Shown here: positions 48,442 through 59,129 of the stretch, one piece after another
Numbering within the stretch: position 1 is the stretch's first letter
Layout of the letters: each line of letters starts with the position of its first letter
Source: an uncultured Alphaproteobacteria bacterium
GTDB lineage: Bacteria; Pseudomonadota; Alphaproteobacteria; Rhizobiales; Xanthobacteraceae
NCBI GenBank assembly: GCA_963703875.1
Contig: CAVPFZ010000016.1
Location: 17,145-81,144 of the forward strand
Reading direction: 5' to 3'
DNA length: 64,000 nucleotides
Translations under genes and position numbers: made by a program
Notes under the pieces: model-generated
Seen by the model: the letters and a program-made list of their open reading frames with translations, nothing else
Told to the model about the DNA's origin: nothing
Databases searched by the model: none

Positions 48442-49278
48442 ATGACCGACGAGCAAAAGCAAACTCCAATCTTCGGACCGGCGTGGCGGGGATGGGAAAG
48501 CTATCGCCAATTTGCGCAATCCGTAAAGGCGGATTTGCGCTACGTTAGGTCGAAACCAGCAAGCGGCTTCCTCGAAGAGGTGCTTGCGTCTTGCGAAAGC
48601 CGTAAACTCACTATTCCCAAAGGGAGCTTTTTCTGGCGTGCCCGCCTTGGGTGCGAGGACGAAGTGATAACTGACGCCGGGGGCGATATCACCGTATCCC
48701 ACATTGAGGAACGCCCGTATGGCCGTGAGCAATTGAAGCCTATCTCAAACTGGCAGAGTGAAGGCAGGGCAAATCCGCGCGGCATCCCGAATTTGTATTT
48801 GGCAACGGATCGCGACACTGCTCTTGCAGAAGTTCGCCCGTGGATTGGCGCAACTATTTCGGTTGCTCAATTACAAATCCAGCGGGACCTCACGGTCATT
48901 GACTGCTCGAAGCATCACTCGAAGGATAGTCTTTTCACCATCATCATGGACCCGAAGCGACCTAAAGAGGATGGTGTTTGGACGGCCATTGACCAAGCGT
49001 TTGCTACTCCGGTCAGCAAAGACGATGAGGCGAAAGAGTACATACCGACACAGATAATTGCTGAACTCTTCAAATCCGAAGGCTTCGATGGGATCGTCTA
49101 TAAGAGCCTGCTTTCCGAAGAAGGATTCAATCTAGCTCTTTTCAACTTGGATGACGCCGAAGTCACCTATTGTGCGTTGTACGAAGCTGCGTCGATACGT
49201 TTTGATTTTCGGAAGGGAAACTCCGAATATTTCGTCGGGCCGTCTACCTCGAAGTCGGGTGGTCAGCAGTCGCAATAG
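48442..49278 (+). CDS. RES domain protein
   Basis: WRAR, EGRANPRGIP.LYLA, ALAEVRP, YIPTQIIAELF, FDGIVYKS, NLALF. Confidence 0.88.
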   Translation: MTDEQKQTPIFGPAWRGWESYRQFAQSVKADLRYVRSKPASGFLEEVLASCESRKLTIPKGSFFWRARLGCEDEVITDAGGDITVSHIEERPYGREQLKPISNWQSEGRANPRGIPNLYLATDRDTALAEVRPWIGATISVAQLQIQRDLTVIDCSKHHSKDSLFTIIMDPKRPKEDGVWTAIDQAFATPVSKDDEAKEYIPTQIIAELFKSEGFDGIVYKSLLSEEGFNLALFNLDDAEVTYCALYEAASIRFDFRKGNSEYFVGPSTSKSGGQQSQ

Positions 49279-49829
49279 GGCTTCGTTACCTTTAGAAACT
49301 GACCGAACGTGTAGATCGCGCGGTCGATCTTGCGCAAATCGCCACCGATCTCCGCGACAAAATCCCGATACTGCTTGTAGGCTTCGTAGACGTGCTTTTT
49401 TCCAGCGAGCGTCGTGCCGCTGAGCGTGTCGCTCATCGCACGTCGCTGAATGTAGAGCATAGCGCGATGGGTGTGTTGGTCGAAGATCGGGTAACGGCCC
49501 GGCTGTCTGCAATGTAGGTAGAAGATGTTCCAAATAGGCCCGCCGCCTTGATGTGGGTCGAGGTAGCGAGCCTCAAGATTGGCGTCCTCTATCCAGTGCT
49601 CGTAGTTTGTGCAAATGCTGCGTAGCTTTTGATTTGCTATAGCTCCGCCGTTCTTCCACTTAAAAAGAGCCTCTAACGCTTCAAAGTTGGTTTGCAGGTC
49701 GGCCTTGCCGATGTAGGGATCATAAAATGATTTGTCGTGCTCTTCGTACCGGTATCGGGACGCCCAATAATCGAGAAAAGGAGCAAATGCCGAAAATGCA
49801 ATCTCGAATGAGAGACGTGGTTGGTCCAT
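49263..49829 (-). CDS. Hypothetical protein, possible HhH-glycosylase-like fold
   Basis: LFKWKNG, IWNIFYLH, YPIFDQHTHRAM, RKIDRAIYTFG. Confidence 0.6.
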   Translation of the reverse strand: MDQPRLSFEIAFSAFAPFLDYWASRYRYEEHDKSFYDPYIGKADLQTNFEALEALFKWKNGGAIANQKLRSICTNYEHWIEDANLEARYLDPHQGGGPIWNIFYLHCRQPGRYPIFDQHTHRAMLYIQRRAMSDTLSGTTLAGKKHVYEAYKQYRDFVAEIGGDLRKIDRAIYTFGQFLKVTKPYCDC

Positions 49830-49838
49830 CGGTTACAT

Positions 49839-50865
49839 TCAACCATTTCGCTTTCGGGCGTCGTTCAATTGTCGAATTGCTTCCCTCGTTGCCGCAGCGC
49901 GAGCGACATAGCGCCGAATGATCCGCTCAACCTGATCCTCGCTCCATGCGAGAATTTCCGCGATCACGCGGATCGAAAGCCCGGCAATATAGAATTTCGT
50001 CGCGGCAGTCCCGCGCAAGTCATGGAAATGCAAATCCTTGTCGGCAATGCCCGCATCGTGTTTCGCCGTATTGAATGACGATCCAAAACCGTCTGCCGTC
50101 CAAGGCCGCTTTCGGCTATTCGTCAAGACTGTAGGCGACCGCTTAGGAACCCTTGCCAGCACGGCTCGCAGATCGTCGTAGAGCGGGATTATTGCCTCTC
50201 GCTGGCCCCGGCTCTTGCCGGTCGCAAACACAATCGCATCTTCTCCCATGTGCGACCACGACAAGCGCAGCAAGTCGCTAAGGCGCAAGCCGGTATGCGC
50301 GGCAAGGTCAACCGCGTGAGCGATCTCGGCAGAGCAGGTTCTCTTAATCGCCGCTATATCGGGATCGGTCCAAATGATTTCCGAGCGGTCGCTGTTGTAG
50401 AGTTGTTTGACGCCCTCGCATGGGTTGCCCGCGAGCTTGCCGAGAGGATCAACGGCGTGAGAGCAGACGCGCGACAAAACTTGCATTCCAAAGTCGGCTG
50501 TGCGCGGTCTGTCCGCCCATTCATTGCGCCAGCGGCGGATGATCGGCCGAATCTTTTCCGGCCGGTCGAACTGCGCAATCCGAAGCTCGCCAAAATGGTC
50601 CGCGATACGATCCAGCCAAGGTGCCCAATTCGCGCGCGTCGAATTCGGCAAGCTTTTTGTAATCGGTGCTCGCTTTGTAGAGCGTGACTAGCGATTTGAA
50701 CCGGCCTGTATCTGGCGTGCGGCGACTTTCAATCGCTTCGTTGTAGGACTTGTGAAATTCCGGTGAGCCGGGTTCGCCGCCAAGGCGCGGGCCGCCGCGC
50801 CAAGCGTAGCGGTAGACCTTTCCGTTGGCCTTGACCGTGTGAACGCCCTTCAACTCAACGCGCAT
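49839..50865 (-). pseudogene. Tyrosine recombinase/integrase with 1-nt insertion near 50643
   Basis: N-part RYAWRGGPRL.GEPGSPEF; C-part TGLRLSD, TGKS, HDLRGT, ILAWS, RRY; GAATTCGACG versus in-frame GAA TCG ACG. Confidence 0.88.
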
Positions 50866-50895
50866 GTCTCGCCTCGAAGTCGGCAAGCTCACGGT

Positions 50896-51048
50896 CTAGT
50901 CATCGTCAACCGGCGGCTTGCCCGTGACCACCACAATTTTCCCATCCCGGTCGATTTCGAACCGGGCAATGTCCAATCCTGCGGCTCGCGCCGTTTCGAC
51001 GGCAAGCCTCAAATCACGCTGACGAAAGGTACAACGGGCGCGCGGCAT
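50896..51048 (-). CDS. Small excisionase-like protein (50 aa; below ORF-track cutoff)
   Basis: MPRARCTFRQRDLRLAVETARAAGLDIARFEIDRDGKIVVVTGKPPVDDD; GAGGGA RBS; immediately upstream of integrase. Confidence 0.7.
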   Translation of the reverse strand: MPRARCTFRQRDLRLAVETARAAGLDIARFEIDRDGKIVVVTGKPPVDDD

Positions 51049-51328
51049 GGTCATCCCTCAACTGAGGTTGACCCTTGCCTAGCGTGTGCTTCGGCTCATG
51101 TGTCCGTGGTCGAGGGGGCGGCCAGCGGGAGCGCCTTTCAGGGTGATCCACCAACTCCCGGTCCCGGTGCGTTTAACTGCGCAAGCGGATGTGATGACCA
51201 GCGTCAGACAGGCGGCCCTTTGGGGACTGGCGGGGACAGTAGCGCAAATCACACGCCAAGGAAAGAACAACAAAACGCGAAAAAGAACTGGCGCGTTGAC
51301 CAAGAGCACGCTGTCTTTGCCATTCGCT

Positions 51329-51658
51329 TTACCGTCGCGGGAACGGCTGAAACCCGACAACAGTATGGACCCATCCGGGGTGCTGTAGCGTCGCGCCCTT
51401 GTGGCCGCAAGCAGTGCGCTTGGCGCACCGCCTCAGCTTGTCGCTTGATGCGCCAGCACCCCATCGGATCATGAGCGGAACGAAAGCGACGGGCGCGGGA
51501 TGCAAGCTCTTGTCGCAATAGACCCCTACCCATGCGCTGTGCTTCCGCAGGTCCGTTAAGGTAGGGACTTCGGTTTCCTGAATTGCTCCACATTCAGATA
51601 GCTTAGGAATTTCGCAAGCCCGGAGTCTCGACATAGTGAGGCAAGCGCGCGTCGGCAA
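51329..51658 (-). pseudogene. Degenerate Zn-ribbon-like phage/ICE protein
   Basis: PTL..L, WVGVYC..xH, IRWG...SSD.LR, CG.KGATLQ.PGW...G..PFP; two expected Cys are missing. Confidence 0.45.
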
Positions 51659-52094
51659 TGTCCGGTGCGTCGCCGATCTTCGCGACCACTGTCATAACCA
51701 ATTCGTGCGGGTTGATGTACTTTTGAAAAATTGCCTTGGCGAAACCGAACGTGAATTCAGACAGATCATTGGCAGTCGGCGCTAGATCACCCAAAAGTTT
51801 TTCATGCGCGGCATTCACGTCAGTCTCTTTAAGAGCGTCGGTGATCCCGTGCACGAACACATAGTCGGATACAAAGAAGAAAGTGTTCAGGAGTGCTCGA
51901 TTGAAAAAGACGCTCCAATCGGCTTCTTCACTGTCCTTGTTGGCGGCGGCCATCTGAAACGCTGCTTCCATTTGCACTTTCGTCGGGTGATGGAACGCAT
52001 AGTTGTTTCGGATTGTGGAAATGGGACTTGACGCGAAACGCTGCCGTCGTGCATCGCAGTCGCAAGCGCCCGCCATGCGGCGGCCCGCTCGCAC
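51603..52094 (-). pseudogene. C-terminal part of HEPN-like protein
   Basis: IRNNYAFH (R-x5-H) near the start of an AT-richer helical ORF; no credible start. Confidence 0.45.
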
Positions 52095-52406
52095 GGCAAA
52101 GCCCCAATGGCGTATTCCCGAACATGAAGCCTCCTTCCAAACAAGAGGCCTCCATCGTTCGCGGCGACGGCGCGAACAAGACGGCGAATTTCAAGGCCGA
52201 ACCAAAAAATCCCGGACTGCCGGAATGGGCGCGCCCTAATGCACCCTTCCCGGCCTTTGGTGGCGGCGTGGGGTGCGGCTCACCTTCGGGCCAGCGAGCC
52301 CAACCTTGGGCGCGCGGCGCGGGCGGTCGCGCTTGAGGCTTGGTGCGCTTTAGCGCGCCATTTCGCGTCGGTGCGGCAGGGCGGTGCTCGCGCGCTCGCC
52401 CCACGG

Positions 52407-52747
52407 TTCCGTTAGAAGCAGCGCACTCGCCGAGCTACCGTCGTTGTCCCAGACACACGTATCGATCGTATCCGGCAAGACGACAGGCACGACCTTGTTG
52501 GCGTATCGGCAGATCACCTTAAGCGGTCGGATCGCGGCGTGCAGATTGTGCCACCGCTGCTCCTGCAATTTGCCGTCCGGCTAAATGTCCCCGCGTCCGG
52601 CGAAATGTAACCCGGCGCAGGCATCCCTTGCCCTTGCTCGATGCTCATTGCCGGGACGCCGCGATGACAAGGTTCGATAGCGAACGCCGCACTCGCCGAA
52701 AGACAGGTCGCCACGAGCGCGACGCCTTTAACTATGCGTGACGACAT
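52407..52747 (-). pseudogene. Small secreted protein split by frameshifts
   Basis: Signal MSSRIVKGVALVATCLSASAAFA continues in another frame as DGKLQEQRW...VICRY...IDTCVW, then RVRCF-stop. Confidence 0.45.
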
Positions 52748-52829
52748 AGAAGTTGCCTACCAAATTCATAGGAATTGCTGGTGGTCCAGGGTATCCAGCG
52801 GGTTCCGGCCGCCTGCCCAAGCCATTGAT

Positions 52830-53103
52830 CCTCGACGAATGCCGTTACCGACCAACCCGGTGGACAAGGACCTCTACGACCTCCGCCCGAGGACCTAGCC
52901 GCCGTGCCACAAGTGCCCGCATCACTCGAAGAGGCACTGGCCGCCCTCGAGGCGGACCAGGAGTTCCTCAGGGGCAAAGGCCGGCGGCAGTCTTCACCGA
53001 TGACCTCATCGAGACCTGGACCTCCTACAAGCGGCTGCACGAGATCGACGCCGTAAGACTCCGTCCCCATCCGTGGGAGTTCATGCTCTATTACGACATA
53101 TAG
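52830..53103 (+). pseudogene. glnA: 3' fragment of type I glutamine synthetase, actinobacterial type, with indels
   Basis: Across frames: [60 protein letters not shown]-stop. Confidence 0.88.
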
Positions 53104-53415
53104 GCTGACCAGGGATTTTACCTAGTACATCCCTTTTATTGTCCCTACTTCCCACTGAGCTCACGAGCCGCTCGCTCCGCCGGCTGGCCGTAACGTCGTC
53201 CCGAGGTGATCGGAGCGGCGGCGCTCCAGTCACCTGCAGCAGATCGCTGTCGGGCTAAGGCATTCGGAGCACCCTGAGTTATGGGAGAGCCAGCCAACCC
53301 TCGGCTGGCGGTGGTCATTGACCTGCGAGACCGATACGCGGTGCCGGCCGCTGCGCCGACGCTCAAGGTGAGGAGACCTCATCACTTCCGTCTACATTTC
53401 GTCTACAATGGAGTC

Positions 53416-53653
53416 ATGGCTTCTGGGGACACGACCACCGTCCGAGTCCGCCGACCCGACTCCGAGCGATTGCAGTCCCTCGCCAAGACTCGGAAGACGA
53501 CCGTCATAGATGTCCTGCATGAAGCGATCGACGCCCTCGAACGACAGGAGTTCCTGCGCGGTTTGAACGATGACTATCGCCGGCTCCGCGAAGACTCCCG
53601 CCAAATGGCAGGCATTCACCGAAGAACGTCAGGAGTGGGACTCGATCGGTTGA
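53416..53653 (+). CDS. Antitoxin (RHH-like) with an extra A at 53603-53605
   Basis: TTTVRV...L..LA; removing one A gives WQAFTEERQEWDSIG-stop overlapping the toxin TTG. Confidence 0.7.
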
Positions 53654-53985
53654 TCTGGCGAGGCGAGATTTACGACGTCGACCTGGGACACCCCGTCGGG
53701 CACGAGCCGGCCTTCACCCGCCCAGCGATTGTGGTGTCCGCGGACGTCCTGAACAACGGCGCCGGCAACCTCGTGGTGATCGTGCCTGTTGGCTCGACGT
53801 CATACGGCCTGCGAAGTCACGTCGAGATCGAGCAGGGAGAAAGCGGTCTCGACCACCGGTCATACGCACGCTGCGACCAGATTCGGGTCATCTCCACCGA
53901 ACGCATCGTCGCCAGAAGAGGAACGGCCACGGTCGACGAGGTCCACGCCATCGATCAGGCCCTCCGATTCATCCTCGATCTGTGA
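53650..53985 (+). CDS. PemK/MazF-family toxin
   Basis: RGEIYDVDL, GHEP..RPAIVVS, VIVP, CDQIRVIS. Confidence 0.9.
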   Translation: MIWRGEIYDVDLGHPVGHEPAFTRPAIVVSADVLNNGAGNLVVIVPVGSTSYGLRSHVEIEQGESGLDHRSYARCDQIRVISTERIVARRGTATVDEVHAIDQALRFILDL

Positions 53986-54076
53986 ATGCGTCCACGCGGG
54001 CCGCCGAGCCGGCGAGGTGACCTATGAGCCCCCTGCAGCGATATTCGGGGACACTCTTCGATGCACGCAAGGCGAT

Positions 54077-54986
54077 TCACAGCCATGTGAATCGACGCTG
54101 GCGTTCAATCGCCTCAGCTTCGGTCAACGACTTCGGTTCGCCCTCGGTCGCCAACTGCTTCTTGGCGTCGAAACTCCGGTTCCACAGTCCTGCCGCCCAG
54201 GCTTCCGCGAGCTCGTCGTCGCTGAAGGGTCCCCGGGCGTCCTGGTAGGCATCCAGGAATGCCTCCGACTCCTCGACGGTCGCTTCGGTGCCAGCGTCGT
54301 TGGCGGGATAGACGGCGGCGGCCAGGCCCGCAATGGATGGCTCCGAGGCCGCAATCACGCTGTCCCAGTCCCAGACGGCGTAGAGATCGTCTCCCCTCCA
54401 GCGCAGGTTCCCCGTGTACCAGTCGCCGTGCCCGATGACGAGTGGCGAGCCAGACGCCGCCAGTCTGGTCTTCGCTGCTTGTCCCGCCTCGTCGATCCAC
54501 GCCGGCCCGCCGACACTGTTGAGGTCGACGACCCGGTCGTCGGGCGCGGGCCACAGCACCGCGGCCCCAAGGTCGGGACCCGTCCATGGAGGCGGCGGGT
54601 CGAGGGAGGGGATCTCGGCCGACACGCGGCGCGAGGCTGACGAGCTGTGCGAGGGCCGAGGCGAAGGGGGCTGGGGAGCGGCCCGAGCGTGGATAGAGAT
54701 CACCCCCGCTCACCATCGCCTCCGCGCTCGCCACGAGGCCGCCCACCATCGGCTCGACGTCCACTAGGGGCTCGGGACAAGGAAAGCCTTGCTCGAAGAG
54801 CTGGCGGTGGACCTCGGCGCACCCGAGCAACCGATCGGCGCCGGCTCGGATCTTTACGACGATCTGTGCCCCGGAAGTGAGCTCCACGCCGAGCACCGTG
54901 GAGAGGTAGCCGTCGCAGAAGAGCACCGCATCGATGCCGGCAGCCAGGTGGGTGCGAGTCCATCGATCGACGTCCGCGACTTTCAA
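54077..54986 (-). pseudogene. APH/phosphotransferase family protein, frameshifted near 54620
   Basis: VVKIR, GFPCP, HGDWYTGNL, VWDWD in two frames. Confidence 0.8.
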
Positions 54987-55122
54987 CCTGAAGGCGACGG
55001 CCGACTACCGCGTCTCCGGTGGTCCGCCACAAAGCTTCATCTACCACACACGCCGCGCGTCCAGCTACAGCGGAAGCCGCGTTCGATGTCCGGGGCCCGG
55101 GCACCACACATCCATCCCCTGC

Positions 55123-55983
55123 TCACACGCCGAAACGTGCTCCAATGGGCGTGACCTCCGGAATGTCACCGGTGGCGATGACGGCTCGGGTGAGCGGGGT
55201 GAGAGCGTCTATCAGCTGTTGGAGCTGCTGGTCGTCGAGGGTGTCGTAGGCGGAGAGGGCGAGGGCGTCAGTCCGAGCTTCGACGTCGGCCCTTATCGCG
55301 TTGCCTGGAGCGGTGAGGTTGCCGTCGCGGTCGAGCAGTCCACGACCAACGAGCACAGCTGCAATGGTGTCCCACTCGGCGTCGTCGTAGTCTCCGGCTG
55401 CCTCGAATACCTGGCGTGGTACCACCCCACCGGCGGATTGGAGGACGTTTGCTTCCCGGCCGTGTATCCCAACGGCGGTCAGAGCGGCGACATGTCCATC
55501 GCCGCGGTGCTCGCGGAAGAGTGTGGAGGCCTGCCACAAGGCAGCCGTCGGTTCATCCGGCCAGGGCAACGCCCGATTAGCCGCGAATAAGGTGCGGCCT
55601 TCCATCGGCGCGGACTCTGTCGCGACGCGCGCCAACATCGCTGCTGTCTCCACTGCGAGCTCACGGTCGGCGAACGCCCGCCGCAGTGCTGCCACTGAGC
55701 CCTCTTGGCGGGCCTTCAACGCGGCGCTAGGTGGTGCGAATGTCCACGCGTCGGGTATGCGCGTGCTGACGTGCGGCATCGAGAAGTTGTAGAAGGTGGC
55801 GAACACGATCTCAGGGCCGACCGGTCCCATCGGTGCGGCGCGGCCCGCGAAGTAACCCATCCAGAATCCCTTGTACCCGGCTTTGGCAAGCGCAGAGCGG
55901 GCTTCTCGTGAGAAGTACGTGACGGCGTGGATCGGCTCCAGGCAGGCCCACAACCGGCGGGCCAACTTTGCGTCACGGATCAT
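55123..55983 (-). CDS. SCO6745-family actinobacterial protein
   Basis: LEPIHAVTYF, YFAGRAAPMG, TFYNF, FREHRGDGH. Confidence 0.8.
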   Translation of the reverse strand: MIRDAKLARRLWACLEPIHAVTYFSREARSALAKAGYKGFWMGYFAGRAAPMGPVGPEIVFATFYNFSMPHVSTRIPDAWTFAPPSAALKARQEGSVAALRRAFADRELAVETAAMLARVATESAPMEGRTLFAANRALPWPDEPTAALWQASTLFREHRGDGHVAALTAVGIHGREANVLQSAGGVVPRQVFEAAGDYDDAEWDTIAAVLVGRGLLDRDGNLTAPGNAIRADVEARTDALALSAYDTLDDQQLQQLIDALTPLTRAVIATGDIPEVTPIGARFGV

Positions 55984-56275
55984 CGCAGCAGTCTGGTTCA
56001 CTGCTCTTCCGACCCACAACTGTGACGACGCAGTCACGGGCTTGGCTAGGCCAGCGACTGCCTGTGTGCCCACCCGCACAACGGCAGTTTGAGCTCCACC
56101 GACCCGGCGGGAGGTGGCGCGAGCGGCATCGATCGGGTCCGACATTCGGGGACGCCCGGTGCGGCGTTATCGCGGCTGGGCGCCGTCCGACAGCCGTCGT
56201 ATGGAAGGCTCCGGTCCGTGGGTCCGCCCTGCCGGGTCGAAGCTCTCGATGTCGACCTGGCCGGCTTTCGCGGCG

Positions 56276-56413
56276 CTACCGTTCCAAGCGCTCGCCGAGC
56301 GTCCGGCCGCTGTAGCGGGCCAGAAACGTCACTGCCGCTAGTTGAGCCTCATCGAGCGGGTACGGCTTGTGCGTAGCAGCGATCGTCCGCTCCGTTGAAT
56401 CGACTCTGGACAT
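56276..56413 (-). pseudogene. 5' stub of an actinobacterial tyrosine integrase
   Basis: EAQLAAVTFLARYSGRT then loss of similarity. Confidence 0.55.
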
Positions 56414-56690
56414 GGTTTCCCCCTTGTATTGGAGAACCACCCAACACCCCGCCCGGAGCCCGGGCCTTGGCGGCAAGACTGCCCCGAGAACCGAAAACGC
56501 CCCATCTGCCGATCGCCTACCCCGCGTTTACGGACGGTTTGCCCGTACGTATTGTGACGGCGCAGCATGTCGATCCGGGACAGTCCCGAGGTGACCGTAG
56601 CCTGTAGGTCGTTGAGAGTGTCGCAGTGCCTGAAGGCCAGCGGTGAGGTTCGTTGGCGATTCCGGTATCAGACTGGCAGGCATGGCCAAT

Positions 56691-57190
56691 ATGAGCGACC
56701 GAAGACCGTTCTGCGCCACTACCTCCACTGACTCGCGACGACCTGATCTGGAAGCTCGATGGGCCGGGGTGAACACGACGCCAGACTCTCTCGCACCCCG
56801 ACGGGCAACAACCTGCTGGCAATCATCAAGCACTGCCTCAATTTCGAGGCCGGCTGCTTCGGGCCCACCTTCGGCGTGAGTTCCCGACGCCCGAGCAACT
56901 GATCCCTACGGAAGCGTACGACGAGGACCCCCAGGCAGATTGGTATGCACGGGAGGACGAGACGAAGGACGGGCTGATCGATCTCTACCGTCGTGTCTGG
57001 GCCTTCGCGGACCAGACGATCGATCAGCTACCGCTCGATACTCCTGGGCGGGTGTGTCAACGGGTGCCATGGTGGCCGCACGGCGCCCAGGATGTGACTC
57101 TGCAACGTGATCGTCCATGTGATTTAGATAGCAACGTTCGTGTTGGCAGGGGCCGGATCGATGCGCTATCAGGCCGTCTTCCTCGAACGA
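56691..57190 (+). pseudogene. DinB/DUF664 family protein with several frameshifts
   Basis: Across frames: LIWKLDG, TPTGNNLL.IIKH, DWYAREDET..GLIDLYRRVWAFADQTI..LPLD.PG.V. Confidence 0.7.
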
Positions 57191-57252
57191 GGCGAGATTC
57201 GCACGCGGCAGGATAGGTTGCGAGCAACGAAGGTCGCAAGGGAGGAGATTCG

Positions 57253-57657
57253 ATGACCCTGGAGCTGATGTGGGCAGACACGGTTGTGCTCGTCGTGAAC
57301 GACCTCGAAAGCTCGCGTGACTTCTACACGATGTCACTCGGGATGCAGATGGGGGGTGGGGACGAGGATGCCGTCGTCTTCAAGACGGAGAACGGCGGAA
57401 TGCTCATCCTGTTGTCGCACCACCGGGCAGACGCCCTCCTCGGCGCCGACAACGTCGACCACGGGGTGGCCACCGCTGCTCGCTCATACAACGTTGCCGA
57501 GGTCGAGGACGTCGACCAGGCCTGCGAGACGCTCCGATCCCGAGGAGTGGAGTTCTTTCGCGAACCGGAGAACCATCCATGGGGAATCCGTACCGCATTC
57601 TTCCACGACCCGGACGGCCATGTGTGGGAGATCAGTAGTGACCTTCCCGAGGAGTGA
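57253..57657 (+). CDS. VOC/glyoxalase family protein
   Basis: LVVNDLESSRDFY, VEDVD, PWGIRTAFFHDPDGHVWEI. Confidence 0.9.
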   Translation: MTLELMWADTVVLVVNDLESSRDFYTMSLGMQMGGGDEDAVVFKTENGGMLILLSHHRADALLGADNVDHGVATAARSYNVAEVEDVDQACETLRSRGVEFFREPENHPWGIRTAFFHDPDGHVWEISSDLPEE

Positions 57658-57789
57658 GCCAGCCGACGCCAGCGAGGAACTCGACCTCTCGTGGTGCAGA
57701 TGTGGTGCGACGCAGGCGGTGTGAGTCGCTCCTCCCTCAGTGTCCGCACCCACCAGCACCTCCGGAACCCACGCGTCCCTCACTCTGCA

Positions 57790-57994
57790 AGTCTCGGTCG
57801 CCGCTGGACCAGCTACTACCCCGACTCGACGACACGGCGGTCAACGGAATGGACTACATCCTGCTCGACGCCGACGGCAAGATTACCAGGTGACCATATT
57901 TTGGCGCCCGCTGCCGTCCGCTGTCGAGATGCAGGGCCACCTTGCGCCTCTCGTCGGCATGCAGCCCTGGGAACTGCGCATCGAGGGGGAATAA
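57790..57994 (+). pseudogene. C-terminal fragment of SnoaL/NTF2-like protein
   Basis: GMDYILLDADGKIT then shifted WRPLPSAV. Confidence 0.45.
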
Positions 57995-58180
57995 CGATCA
58001 TGGATACCCTCGTCCCGTGTCCATGGCCTGACCTATCGAACCGTGGGTTAGTACGTCTCGTGCATAGGGAACAGGCGCCTGACACTAGCGGTTTCACGTC
58101 GGGCCGAGATCGGGGAGACGGGGTTTTATCGGAGCCTTTTCGCGGGACCTACTCACCCTCTGCGTGCGCCGCCCTAGGCG

Positions 58181-58640
58181 TGACCGGACGCCGATTGGCT
58201 GAGCCAGCCGTATGCGAGCTGTAGCTGATTCTGGTTGAGCCAGGCCTCGGCGAACTCGGCCGGAGTGAGCCAGCCGTGGGCGCTGTGAGGCCTGGCCATG
58301 TTGTAGTCGATCCTCCAGTCCTCGAGTAGTACCTGGGCTTCGATCAGAGCGTCGAAGACCTGGCCGTTCAAGAACTCGTCCGCAGGCGGCCGTTGAAGCT
58401 CTCGACCCAGGCGTTCTGCCAGGGTGAGCCCGGGTCGATGAACACGCTGCCAGTGCCGTTGAACCGGCACCGGTCCGAAACGACGTAGGCGATGAACTCG
58501 GGACCGTGGTCGAACCGGGACATACGCCCGGGCGCCGCGTTCGGCGGCCAGGCGTTCAAGGCAGCGGACCACGCCGTCGGCGTCGATGGAGCGATCCACG
58601 TCGATGGCCTTGGCGTCGTAGACGGCAGCGGCCGTTTGGT
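58181..58640 (-). mobile_element. IS3-family transposase 3' fragment with right inverted repeat
   Basis: DHGPEFIA, IDPGSPWQNAWVESFNGRLR, WRIDYN..RPHS; end TGACCGGAC at 58181. Confidence 0.85.
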
Positions 58641-58657
58641 GGCACGATGGCTCGCTG

Positions 58658-59025
58658 ATGCCCCTCGCCCGCATGCGCTCCGTGGTATGGACTGCCCCAA
58701 TCCCCGAGCACTAGCTGATTTCTACATCGGTGTCCTTGGCGGAGAAGTCGATGCCGATGTTGACGATTGGGTCGTGCTAACGGTCAACGGGCTGCGCGTG
58801 GCCTTCCAGCTTGCTGACGACTTTGCGCCCCCGACGTGGCCGTCCGGTGAGCGGCCGCAGCAGTTTCACCTCGATATGACCGTGGACGACGTCGACACCG
58901 TCGAGCGGGAAGTGCTGGCGCTCGGCGCAAGGAAGCATGCGACGCAGCCAGGCGAGGAGGCCGGCGACCGGTTCCGGGTCTACTTGGATCCGGCCGGCCA
59001 CCCCTTCTGCCTCTGCTGGGACTGA
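58658..59025 (+). pseudogene. VOC family protein with 1-nt deletion near 58688
   Basis: MPLARMRSVV(L)DCPNPRALADFY, QFHLD, YLDPAGHPFCL. Confidence 0.8.
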
Positions 59026-59129
59026 GCGATCGCGGCCCCATCGCTCGCTGAGCGATATGTGCGAGCAGGCCGCTCCGAATGTTGATCCGCAGCGCTTCCC
59101 TGGGCTGGTGCTACAACGATGCAGCGACT

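Larger units (their letters stand above)
48354..52747. mobile_element. Decayed integrative element at tRNA-Gly
   Basis: tRNA-adjacent cargo, tyrosine integrase, small upstream excisionase-like ORF; distal att repeat not found. Confidence 0.7.

Noticed and set aside
51079-51388. Overlapping ORFs 51079-51360 (-) and 51086-51388 (+)
   Set aside because: No motif, RBS or codon pattern favouring either
48354-53100. Distal att duplication of tRNA-Gly 3' end
   Set aside because: Not found by eye
53281-53415. Upstream extension of ORF 53281-53985
   Set aside because: No motif; antitoxin similarity begins at 53416
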